A stretch of DNA of 56,337 bases from a virus (Duplodnaviria; Caudoviricetes). Below are positions 47,705 to 56,014 of the stretch, piece after piece. Both the position numbers and the translations under genes were made by a program. The stretch covers positions 1 to 56,337 of the IMG/VR virus record IMGVR_UViG_3300033993_002821; one strand, given 5' to 3'. Under the pieces are notes generated by a model. That model searched no databases. It was not told the origin of the DNA and was given only the letters and a program-made list of their open reading frames with translations. The stretch's first letter is position 1. Each line of letters starts with the position of its first letter.

Positions 47705-48265
47705 ATGGACGGGATGAAGATTATCACCCGAACGGACGACGACGCCCTGATCTCCTTCGAAGCCGCTGTGTATCGCGTAGGCCAAGGCAGCGCCCGCAAA
47801 GCCTTTTCCCGCGCCATGAACCATGAAGGCCGAAAGGGCACCACCGCGCTGAAACGCACGCTGCGTAAAACCACGTCGATCAAGATCAGCCACATCAATG
47901 AGGCAATCTCTTTCCACCCGGCCTCGAAATACACGCTCAAGACAATCGTTCGCGGAATTCATCGACCCATTTCTTTGCGATACTTCGGACCACGGCAATT
48001 TAAATACGGGGTGCGGGCAAAGGTCTGGGGGCGGGCGCAAAGATATAAGGGCGCTTTCATTGTCCGGTCTCTCGGCGGCGGCGTCTTCAAAAACACGGGC
48101 GGGTTCAATGAAAAGTCCCGCCGCAACAATGCCATCGAAAAGCTTTGGGGGCCGATCATTCCGAAAGAAATGATCACCCCGGAAGTCGAGGCCGCCTTTC
48201 TTGCCCCGATGAACAATGTAGCCGACCGCGCCGCCCACGAGCTGAGCCGCATCCTCGCCCGCTGA
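47705..48265 (+). CDS. Minor tail protein, lambda gpZ-like
   Basis: A.SRAMN, ISL..F..RQ.K.GV...VWG....Y.GAF, IEKLWGP.IP. Confidence 0.7.
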   Translation: MDGMKIITRTDDDALISFEAAVYRVGQGSARKAFSRAMNHEGRKGTTALKRTLRKTTSIKISHINEAISFHPASKYTLKTIVRGIHRPISLRYFGPRQFKYGVRAKVWGRAQRYKGAFIVRSLGGGVFKNTGGFNEKSRRNNAIEKLWGPIIPKEMITPEVEAAFLAPMNNVADRAAHELSRILAR

Positions 48266-48356
48266 AACGTCCAAACACACCCGAACGGCGTCCCTTCCCT
48301 GCACCCTGCAGGCCGGGAGGCTACGGGGAATCTGCCCCCGCCCCCCCCTCCCCTTA

Positions 48357-48410
48357 GGGACCGGTTGCCGACCCCCCTCCTGCGGGCGAGCGCGGCCCCG
48401 GGTTTTGGGC
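48357..48410 (+). other. Putative cos site
   Basis: GGGACCG...GGGCGAGCGCGG CCCCGGGTTTT parallels lambda cosQ GGGTCCT and cosN GGGCGGCGACCT CGCGGGTTTT. Confidence 0.5.
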
Positions 48411-48607
48411 GTTTTTTGCATTTTGCAAAACGGGTTTTGATTTGGCCTCTCGGGGCCGAAAGCCCTTCCGTAACCGGGAGGCGTCGGGTCGCGCCAACGA
48501 CCTTCTGCACGGGGCCGATTGTTGAGGCCGACCCCGCCGACCATGTTCTCGCTCTTGGCCGCTCCCACCCGTCGACGGGCAGCGGCGTTATGGGGCGATT
48601 CTGAAAG

Positions 48608-49408
48608 ATGACGAAGGAAAATTTCCAACGGCCCGCCGGGTCTGTGATAACCGTCGCGTTGCGGCGGGCTGACGAACTTGTGCCCTATGGGCGCAACAGC
48701 CGGGTTCACAGCGACGAGGCTGTTGCCAGGCTGGTTCGGATCATCGGCGAGATGGGCTGGACATCGCCCATCCTGACCGACGCGGAAAGCATCGTTGCCG
48801 GGCACAAGCGCCGCCTTGCGGCCCTGTCAATCTATGGCGCGGGCGGGACAATCCGCTTGCCGGGCGGCCAGGTGCTGCCCCCCGGCTTGGTGCCGGTGAT
48901 CGATGTGACCGGCTGGACCGAGGCGCAGCGCCGCGCCTATGTGATTGCGGACAACCAGACCACGCTGGAAAGCGAATGGGACGGCGATCTGCTGCGGCTG
49001 GAACTGTCCTGGCTGTCGGAGCAAGACGGGTTCGATATGGACCTGACGGGCTTTGACGGCGATGCGCTGGCCGCCGCGCTTGCCGTTTCGGACGGCAGCC
49101 CGGATCAGGGACAGCCGGATGATCCGCTGCGGGTCAGCCTTGCCGACCGCTTCGGTGTGCCGCCGTTTTCGGTGCTGTCAGCGCGCGATGGCTGGTGGCA
49201 GGATCGCAAGCGCGCCTGGTTGCGGCTTGGGATCATGTCGGAGCTGGGCCGGGGTGCGGCGACAATCAACGACGCGGCCCCCGGCGGGTCGGCGCGGCCC
49301 CTTGACCGCCAGCGGGCGGCAAAGGCCTCACCTGGCGGAAGTCCGAGACCGTCGGCAAACTATGGGCAGTCCAGGGCACGCGGCGATGGCCGTGGCCGGG
49401 AGGTCTGA
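48608..49408 (+). CDS. ParB/Srx-like N-terminal domain protein plus MTase N-terminal segment
   Basis: L.PY.RNSR.H, GWTSPIL, IVAGH.R, RAYVIADN; then RFGVPPFSVL...WQDRKRAW. Confidence 0.85.
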   Translation: MTKENFQRPAGSVITVALRRADELVPYGRNSRVHSDEAVARLVRIIGEMGWTSPILTDAESIVAGHKRRLAALSIYGAGGTIRLPGGQVLPPGLVPVIDVTGWTEAQRRAYVIADNQTTLESEWDGDLLRLELSWLSEQDGFDMDLTGFDGDALAAALAVSDGSPDQGQPDDPLRVSLADRFGVPPFSVLSARDGWWQDRKRAWLRLGIMSELGRGAATINDAAPGGSARPLDRQRAAKASPGGSPRPSANYGQSRARGDGRGREV

Positions 49409-49411
49409 CCG

Positions 49412-50404
49412 ATGCCGAAGACTCAGGGCACAACCTTTGACAACCAGGCCGGGCTGACGGCCATTCAGAAACAGGGCCGACGCCGGAAGGCAAATGCGGA
49501 ACCTGCCGGGGGCGGGGGCGGGGGATGGGCGGCGCACAACCGCAAACAGGCGGAGCGGCGCGCGGCGCTGCAGCGCGACATCCTGCCGGGTGGCCTGACC
49601 TTTCATCCGATTGAGAGCTTCGACGGGGCCGGTCGCGCGATTACGGGCACATCGGTCTTTGATCCGGTGCTGTGCGAACTGGCCTATCGGTGGTTCTGCC
49701 CGCCGGGCGGGCTGGTGCTTGACCCGTTCGCGGGCGGATCGGTGCGCGGGATTGTGGCGAGCAAGCTGGGGCGCGGGTATGTCGGTCTAGATCTGCGATC
49801 TGAGCAGATCGAGGCAAACCGGCAGCAGGCAGATGCCATTTGCACTGATGGGCCCTTTCCCGTCTGGCATGTGGGCGACAGCCGCGACATTGGCGTGATT
49901 GCCGCCGGGGTGCAGGCGGATTTCCTGTTTTCCTGCCCGCCTTATGCCAACCTTGAAGTCTATTCGGACGATCCGGCAGACCTGTCAACCATGGCCTATC
50001 CGGCCTTCCGGGAAGCATATTTCGCGGTGGTCGCCGGAGCGGCAAAGCTGCTGAGGCCCGACCGCTTCGCCTGCTTTGTGGTCGGCGAGGTCAGGGGCAA
50101 GGACGGTGCCTATCTGGGTTTCGTGCCGGATACGGTTGAGGCATTCCGCCGGGCCGGGCTGACCTACTACGGCGAGGCGATCCTTGTGACGGCGGCGGGT
50201 TCGCTGCCGATCCGGGCAGGCAAGCAGTTCGAGGTGGCGCGCAAGTTCGGCAAGACCCACCAGAATGTGCTGCTGTTCGTGAAGGGGGACGCGCGGGCGG
50301 CGACGGCCGCCGTCGGCCCGGTGGAAGCGGGACCCTTCGATGACGAAACGACCGATGACGGTTTGATCAACCCATGGGGCGACGAGGACGATGCAGACCC
50401 TTGA
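49412..50404 (+). CDS. SAM-dependent amino-methyltransferase-like protein
   Basis: TSVFDPVLCE, LDPFAGG, FSCPPY. Confidence 0.85.
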   Translation: MPKTQGTTFDNQAGLTAIQKQGRRRKANAEPAGGGGGGWAAHNRKQAERRAALQRDILPGGLTFHPIESFDGAGRAITGTSVFDPVLCELAYRWFCPPGGLVLDPFAGGSVRGIVASKLGRGYVGLDLRSEQIEANRQQADAICTDGPFPVWHVGDSRDIGVIAAGVQADFLFSCPPYANLEVYSDDPADLSTMAYPAFREAYFAVVAGAAKLLRPDRFACFVVGEVRGKDGAYLGFVPDTVEAFRRAGLTYYGEAILVTAAGSLPIRAGKQFEVARKFGKTHQNVLLFVKGDARAATAAVGPVEAGPFDDETTDDGLINPWGDEDDADP

Positions 50405-51416
50405 GCAATCTGCCGCGAATGGGGCGCTGGCCGACGTGGCGGCGCGCCTGTTTGCCTGGGGGTCGCAATGGCCTTTGCCCGAATTGGCGGACGTGCCCCC
50501 GCTTTGGCAGGGCTTCGTTGGCAGGGTCGGGTTCTTCTGCGGTGTGGACGCCAAAGCAACGGGGGCGGGCTATCCCGCCCCCTTGTCCCGGCGGCTTGAT
50601 CAGCGCCGCGTGGTCGTTCTGTTTTCTGGCGGAAAAGACGGTCTGGCGACGGCGCTCAAACTTCGATCTGACGGGCTTGTTCCCGTCCTTCTGCATGTGC
50701 GCGGGATAAACGGGGCGGCCTATGCCCACGAGGCGCAGGCAGCCCGGCGGGTGGCCGATGTTGCTGGCTTTGCGTTCCGCGAATTGCGGGTCGTCCTGCG
50801 GGGGAAGTCAGATCACACTGAGAACCCCGCCAAAAATCTGGTGCTGGCTTGTCTGGGCGCGTCTCTTGCCGTGCAATGGGGGGCCGGCACCGTTGCCCTT
50901 GGACTGCTGTCCGAGGACACCGAAAGCACAAACCCGCGGTGCGGCCTGTCTGACAACATCACGGTGTCGGTGTTCGGGTTTGCAGCGATTGAGGCGATGA
51001 CGCCGGGCCTTCGCGTGATCCCGGCAACGATGCCGAACGACAGTGCCTCGATTGCGCGGGTCTGGCACGATTGCCCGGCGGCTTTGCCCGAAATATCGTC
51101 TTGCATGGCGGGCGCGCGATTCAAGGCAAAGCTGCACCGGACGAACAACACGAAATTCCGGGCGGGCCTGCTGCCCGGACGGTGCGGCAGTTGCTACAAA
51201 TGCGCGCTGGAATCCATCACCTTGGCGGCGCTTGAGGGGCGGGTGCTGCCATCCGAATGGGCTGCCCATTGCGTGGAGAAACTGCGTCGGGGTGCACAGA
51301 TCGTTTCCGGGTCGGCGGCCCTGCCGTCGGAGGCAAAGGCTTTCGACATGTTCATGTCTGATGCGGTGCCCTGGCGGGCGGCGCTGGGCCTTACGGCAGC
51401 CGATAGCGCGACTTGA
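50391..51416 (+). CDS. QueC-like PP-loop ATP pyrophosphatase
   Basis: VVLFSGGKDG, ENPAKN, SSC...CGSCYKC zinc site. Confidence 0.75.
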   Translation: MQTLEQSAANGALADVAARLFAWGSQWPLPELADVPPLWQGFVGRVGFFCGVDAKATGAGYPAPLSRRLDQRRVVVLFSGGKDGLATALKLRSDGLVPVLLHVRGINGAAYAHEAQAARRVADVAGFAFRELRVVLRGKSDHTENPAKNLVLACLGASLAVQWGAGTVALGLLSEDTESTNPRCGLSDNITVSVFGFAAIEAMTPGLRVIPATMPNDSASIARVWHDCPAALPEISSCMAGARFKAKLHRTNNTKFRAGLLPGRCGSCYKCALESITLAALEGRVLPSEWAAHCVEKLRRGAQIVSGSAALPSEAKAFDMFMSDAVPWRAALGLTAADSAT

Positions 51417-51618
51417 GCGCGTCAATTCCGCTGCGGATCAGCGCCTCGGGGTCTTTGCCGATACTGCGGTAGAAGCGCGGGTTAAGGCCCGCCTCATGTG
51501 CCCGGACGATTGCGGCGGCATGATCGCCGAGGTCGGGAAAGCGGGCTGCGATGCGGAGTGCCAAGGTCCAATCGCCTGACGCGGCGGCAGCCTTAAGCTT
51601 TGAAATTTTCGTTTCCAT
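51391..51618 (-). CDS. Small antisense hypothetical protein (75 aa)
   Basis: AGGTG RBS, METKISKLK...; operator immediately upstream. Confidence 0.7.
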   Translation of the reverse strand: METKISKLKAAAASGDWTLALRIAARFPDLGDHAAAIVRAHEAGLNPRFYRSIGKDPEALIRSGIDALKSRYRLP

Positions 51619-51639
51619 CCAGACACCTATCGCTCTTCT

Positions 51640-51656
51640 ATTGGATTTAATCCAGC
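51640..51656. promoter_or_regulatory. Putative repressor operator
   Basis: ATTGGATTTAATCCAGC. Confidence 0.75.
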
Positions 51657-51691
51657 TTGGGTCAGGTGCCAAGCCAGCACGCGGCGAGGAC

Positions 51692-52204
51692 ATGGCAGAA
51701 AAACCGGAAGGCCAGGCCCCAACAGGCGAGATCACCACCGAACAGGCCGGGCGGCTGCTTGAGCTGACCGCAGAGCGCGTGCGGCAGCTGATCAAATCGG
51801 GCCATATCGAAAAGACGCGGCACGGGCATACGACGCTGGTGTCGGCGGTGCGCGGGTACATCCGGTTCCTGAAGGAGGCGGCAAGCGAGCGGACGCAGAA
51901 CGCATCCGAAAACCGGGTCCGCGATGCGCGGGCGCGGGAAATCGAACTGCGGCTGGCTCGGGACTCGCGCGACCTGATCCCGCAGGAAGAGGCGCTGCTG
52001 GCCATGACGATGCTGACCACCTTTGTGGCGCAGCAGTTCCAGGGCCTGCCCGCCCGGATCACGCGGGACTTGGCCCTGCGCAGGACAATTGAGGCCGAGC
52101 TCCATGGCGCGCAAGAAACCATCGCCGCAGCACTCGGAAAACTGTCGGGCTTTGTTCAGGACGGCGGCGATCCTCCTGAAACCCTCGCCAAAGGCTTATC
52201 CTGA
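51692..52204 (+). CDS. Terminase small subunit (Nu1-like)
   Basis: HTH LELTAERVRQL..G.I, VRGYIRFL; precedes terL. Confidence 0.85.
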   Translation: MAEKPEGQAPTGEITTEQAGRLLELTAERVRQLIKSGHIEKTRHGHTTLVSAVRGYIRFLKEAASERTQNASENRVRDARAREIELRLARDSRDLIPQEEALLAMTMLTTFVAQQFQGLPARITRDLALRRTIEAELHGAQETIAAALGKLSGFVQDGGDPPETLAKGLS

Positions 52205-54149
52205 CGAATGGGGCGCGGCGAACCGGACCTATCCGGCGACGACCGGATGGCCGGGGCCGCGCAACCCGAACCTGACGGGGTATATGATTCCCTTCGGTCG
52301 GGCGATCCATGACGGGCGCTACAAGCGCGTCGTTGCGGTGACGGCGGCACAGTCCGGCAAGACCGAGACCTTTCTGGACATCATCGGGTCCCGGCTGGAC
52401 CAGCGGCCCGCGCCGATCCTTTACGTCGGCCCGTCGCAGGATTTTGTCACCGACCAGTTTGAGCCGCGCCTGATGGGCCTGCTGGACGAGGCCCCGACGC
52501 TGGCCGCCAAGGTCGCGCGGGGGAAGGCCAGCAAGAAGACGCAGAAATGGATTGCCGGTGTGAAGGTCCGCCTCGGTTTTGCCGGGTCGTCGACCAGCCT
52601 GAAATCCGACAGCTTTTCCCTTGGTCTGGTGGACGAGTACGACGAAATGACCGCCAATATCCGAGGCCAGGGCGACCCCTTGGGACTGGCGGATGCGCGC
52701 GGCGAAACCTATGCGGATTTCGTCATCGCCGTTACCTCCACCCCGTCGCGCGGGATGCTTGATACGGAGATTGATCCTGTCAGCGGGCTGGAGTTCTGGA
52801 AGCCCGGCGATCTTGAGACGGTCGAAAGCCCGATCTGGCGGCTGTGGCAGGCGGGGACGCGGCATCACTTTGCCTGGCCCTGCCCGCATTGCGAGGCGCA
52901 TTTCGTGCCGATGCGCAAGCATCTGAAATGGCCGAAGGGGTCAACGCCGTCGCAGGCGCTGCGGTCGGCCTATGTCGAGTGCCCGCAGTGCGGCGGCGTG
53001 ATCGAGGACTATCACAAGCCCGCCATGATCGCGGGCGGGGTGCAGATCGCGCCGGGGCAGACGATTGACGACGCGCGCAACTGCGTGAACGAGCCGGATG
53101 TGACGACCTGGTCTTGCTGGACAAGCGGGCTTTGCAGCCCCTTTGTGACCTTCGGCCAGCGGGCGCAGAAGCTGCTGGATGCGATGGCGACCGGCGAGGC
53201 CGATAAGGTTCAGACCGTCGTCAACGCATCCTTCGGAGAGTTGCACAGCCTGGTATCAGCCGACGAGCGCCCGACTTTTGAGGCGGTTCGCGACCGGGCT
53301 GCGGGAAACCCGTATCGGGCGGGAGACGTCCCTGCAGAGGCGTCCCGGTTTGTCATGGCCGTGGACGTGCAGAAGTTCTCGCTGTTCTGGACAGTGCGGG
53401 CCTTTGGCGCGCGCGGCACCAGCTGGAACGTCGCGCATGGGCAGCTTTTCGGGCCAACCGACCAGGATCAGGTCTGGGATGATCTGGCCGACCTGATGCT
53501 GTCCCCGATCGGCGGCGTGCATGTCGAAAAGGTGGGCGTCGATTCCGGGTTCCGGCCCGGCAAAAAAGACGCGGTGCCGGAACACAAGGTCTATGAGTTC
53601 GCGCGCCGCTACCCTTGGCTGGTGATCCCGACCAAGGGCAAGGACGTGCAGAACCCGCCCTACAGGATCAGCCAGATTGAGGTGAAACCCGACGGGCGCA
53701 AAACGGTCTATTCGATCCGGCTGGCCTGGCTGTCGTCGGACTTCTTCAAAAGCCTGTTCCTGTCGCGGCTGGCCCTGCCGGCCGGGCAGCTTGGGGCATT
53801 CTATCCGCATTCGGATGTCGATGACGATTACTGCAAGCAGCTTGTCAGCGAGGTGCGGGTCATCGAGGACGGCAAGCCAAAATGGGTGCAGACGTCTAAG
53901 GACAACCACTTTCTGGACTGCGAAGCGATTTGCGAGGCCATGGGCTATGCGCTCAACGTCCAGCGGATTCCGGATATAAAGGTGCTGCATGACGGGCCGG
54001 CCCGAGACGGGCCGGGGCCGGACCCCGGCCTGCAGTATGGCGACGCAGAGGATGCCCCACTGCCGCAGCCTGTGCCGCAAGGCAATTCGGACGCGGCACC
54101 GCGCACCAGGGCGCGCTTTTCCGGGCTTGGCGCGCGGCTGAACCGGTAG
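52104..54149 (+). CDS. Terminase large subunit (lambda gpA family)
   Basis: AQSGKT, VDEYD, STP, CPHC/CPQC, VDVQ, DSG, NHFLDC. Confidence 0.95.
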   Translation: MARKKPSPQHSENCRALFRTAAILLKPSPKAYPDEWGAANRTYPATTGWPGPRNPNLTGYMIPFGRAIHDGRYKRVVAVTAAQSGKTETFLDIIGSRLDQRPAPILYVGPSQDFVTDQFEPRLMGLLDEAPTLAAKVARGKASKKTQKWIAGVKVRLGFAGSSTSLKSDSFSLGLVDEYDEMTANIRGQGDPLGLADARGETYADFVIAVTSTPSRGMLDTEIDPVSGLEFWKPGDLETVESPIWRLWQAGTRHHFAWPCPHCEAHFVPMRKHLKWPKGSTPSQALRSAYVECPQCGGVIEDYHKPAMIAGGVQIAPGQTIDDARNCVNEPDVTTWSCWTSGLCSPFVTFGQRAQKLLDAMATGEADKVQTVVNASFGELHSLVSADERPTFEAVRDRAAGNPYRAGDVPAEASRFVMAVDVQKFSLFWTVRAFGARGTSWNVAHGQLFGPTDQDQVWDDLADLMLSPIGGVHVEKVGVDSGFRPGKKDAVPEHKVYEFARRYPWLVIPTKGKDVQNPPYRISQIEVKPDGRKTVYSIRLAWLSSDFFKSLFLSRLALPAGQLGAFYPHSDVDDDYCKQLVSEVRVIEDGKPKWVQTSKDNHFLDCEAICEAMGYALNVQRIPDIKVLHDGPARDGPGPDPGLQYGDAEDAPLPQPVPQGNSDAAPRTRARFSGLGARLNR

Positions 54150-54174
54150 CGCGCCACCCCCTTACCCAGGAGAT

Positions 54175-54624
54175 ATGACGATGTCGAAATCAGACGCCTT
54201 TGAGGCGGCGCTGCTTGATCTGCTGTTTCTGAATATCGCGATGCCCAACATTGGCGATGCGGCAGGCCTGCGCGCGACAACGACCGCCGGGCAGCTGTTC
54301 TTTTCGCTGCATACCGCCGATCCGGGCGAGGCCGGGGCGGCGCAGACCACGAACGAGGTATCCTACACCGGATACGCCCGCATCGGCGTGGCGCGTGGGG
54401 CGGGGGGGTTTGTCAGGTCCGGGAACGTGGTTACCCCGGTTGCAAACGTGGATTTCGCCGGGTCTACCGGCGGGTCTGGCAACGCCACGCATTTTGCCAT
54501 CGGGACCGCCGCGACCGGGGCGGGCATGATCCTTTACAAGGGCGCGATAACCCCGACCATCGCCTTCGCGCCCGGCTCCTCGCCGCCCCGGATTCTGTCG
54601 TCAACCTCCGTCACGGAGGACTGA
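54175..54624 (+). CDS. Putative virion structural protein
   Basis: SLHTADPGEAG..TTNEVSYTGYAR, beta-rich. Confidence 0.65.
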   Translation: MTMSKSDAFEAALLDLLFLNIAMPNIGDAAGLRATTTAGQLFFSLHTADPGEAGAAQTTNEVSYTGYARIGVARGAGGFVRSGNVVTPVANVDFAGSTGGSGNATHFAIGTAATGAGMILYKGAITPTIAFAPGSSPPRILSSTSVTED

Positions 54625-54627
54625 GGG

Positions 54628-55071
54628 ATGTGGCAGGTTTGGCGCGCCTTCTGGGCCGAACTCAACACCCCTGACCGGTTTGAGGGCAAACCCTACATCG
54701 GGTTCATAAACCAGGTCGGTCACATCTCGCTGGGGCGGTATGCCGCCGAGACGGTCGGTTCGATGTGGCATCAGACCGCCGGAACAATGCCGAATCTGTG
54801 GGCCGTCGCCGTCGCCTTGACCGGGCTTTACGCCGTGCTGATCGAGCTTGTGAAGCAGAAATGGGCCGGAGTCGACACGGTCAATGACAGCGGATTTTTT
54901 GCCTTGGGGGCATTTTATCTGCCGCTTGCCATGAGCCTGACCCCCTCGGGTCGGTGGTTTCGCGTTGGTGACTGGTCGTTTGGCAATCTGGTCTGGCTGG
55001 CCTGCGTCGCGCTGGCGCTGGCGCTGTACGTCTGGCCCCGCGCGAGGCGGGCTTTTGGGGGTGAGAAATGA
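54628..55071 (+). CDS. Membrane protein
   Basis: Several hydrophobic segments. Confidence 0.6.
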   Translation: MWQVWRAFWAELNTPDRFEGKPYIGFINQVGHISLGRYAAETVGSMWHQTAGTMPNLWAVAVALTGLYAVLIELVKQKWAGVDTVNDSGFFALGAFYLPLAMSLTPSGRWFRVGDWSFGNLVWLACVALALALYVWPRARRAFGGEK

Positions 55072-55601
55072 CGCCAGAACAGAAGCTGGAACTGGAACTG
55101 AAAGTCGCGGAACCGCAATTCGCTGGCCCGCCGCGCATGCCGGAAGACCGTGTGGCGGAAATCCTGAACACGCCTGACCCGCAATTGCCCCCGGTGCTGA
55201 CCAAAATCACAGGGCGGGAACTGGCAGAGGTGCCTGCATGGACCGGTGAGTTGGGGCTTCTGCGGATTGTGGCGAAGACAGGGATTGTTCCCGCGTCCAG
55301 GCACCCGAGCGGGTTTGCAACGCCGGTGCCGGAAGATGGTGCGGTCGCAATCGAAACCTTGCTGGATGCCGTGGAGCGCAACCTGACGCTGGACCTTTTG
55401 CAACCGGTGCCGGAAGGCGCACCGACACCGGTTGTCCTGCTGACGGGCATGCTGACCGGGATTGAAGCAATGGGGCTGCTGTCGGCAGGTACCAAAGCCG
55501 CAATCATGGCAAGAACGACAAAGCTACAATCATGGGCGGAGTCGAAAGAAATCGGCTTTGTGACGGCCAGAATGGTCGGGCTGGCGCGGGGGGATGAATA
55601 A
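55068..55601 (+). CDS. Hypothetical protein
   Basis: Coupled ORF. Confidence 0.6.
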   Translation: MTPEQKLELELKVAEPQFAGPPRMPEDRVAEILNTPDPQLPPVLTKITGRELAEVPAWTGELGLLRIVAKTGIVPASRHPSGFATPVPEDGAVAIETLLDAVERNLTLDLLQPVPEGAPTPVVLLTGMLTGIEAMGLLSAGTKAAIMARTTKLQSWAESKEIGFVTARMVGLARGDE

Positions 55602-56014
55602 TGGCCGTCGCAAAATGGAGCGCCTTCGAATCTGAGACGGTCAACCTGGCCGGTACGGCGCTGGATTCAAAGGCGAACGGCACAACAACATTCGTTGTCG
55701 ATCTGGACAATACCTCTGCAAGAAACCTTTACGCCAGCTTCTTTGCCATCTTTGGGTCAATCACCCCGGCTGCGGGGGGCAGCGTCACGCTGAGCCTGCG
55801 GCGCAAGCGCGGCGCGGCCTATGCCGAAAACCCGTGTGAACAGGTCACATCCGGCGTCACCGGCACAGGCGCGCGGTCCTTTTCGCTGGAGTTCGCCATG
55901 CGCCTGCCGGGGCCGGGGGTCTATGGCCTGTATTTCACCAATACCCTTGGCGTCAGCACGGCGGCCAGCGGCAATTCTTTGGTGCGGTCTGACTTCAACG
56001 AAGATGTGACCTGA
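55601..56014 (+). CDS. Putative beta-sandwich structural protein
   Basis: LDS.ANG...DNTS.RNLYA...N..G...AASGN. Confidence 0.6.
   Translation: MAVAKWSAFESETVNLAGTALDSKANGTTTFVVDLDNTSARNLYASFFAIFGSITPAAGGSVTLSLRRKRGAAYAENPCEQVTSGVTGTGARSFSLEFAMRLPGPGVYGLYFTNTLGVSTAASGNSLVRSDFNEDVT

Noticed and set aside
48608-49408. Plasmid partition system
   Set aside because: No ParA ATPase; the domain is the MTase-associated ParB/Srx type and the phage has an integrase
50391-51416. Complete 7-deazaguanine DNA modification pathway
   Set aside because: No DpdA, FolE, QueD or QueE recognised, so only the orphan QueC-like gene is reported
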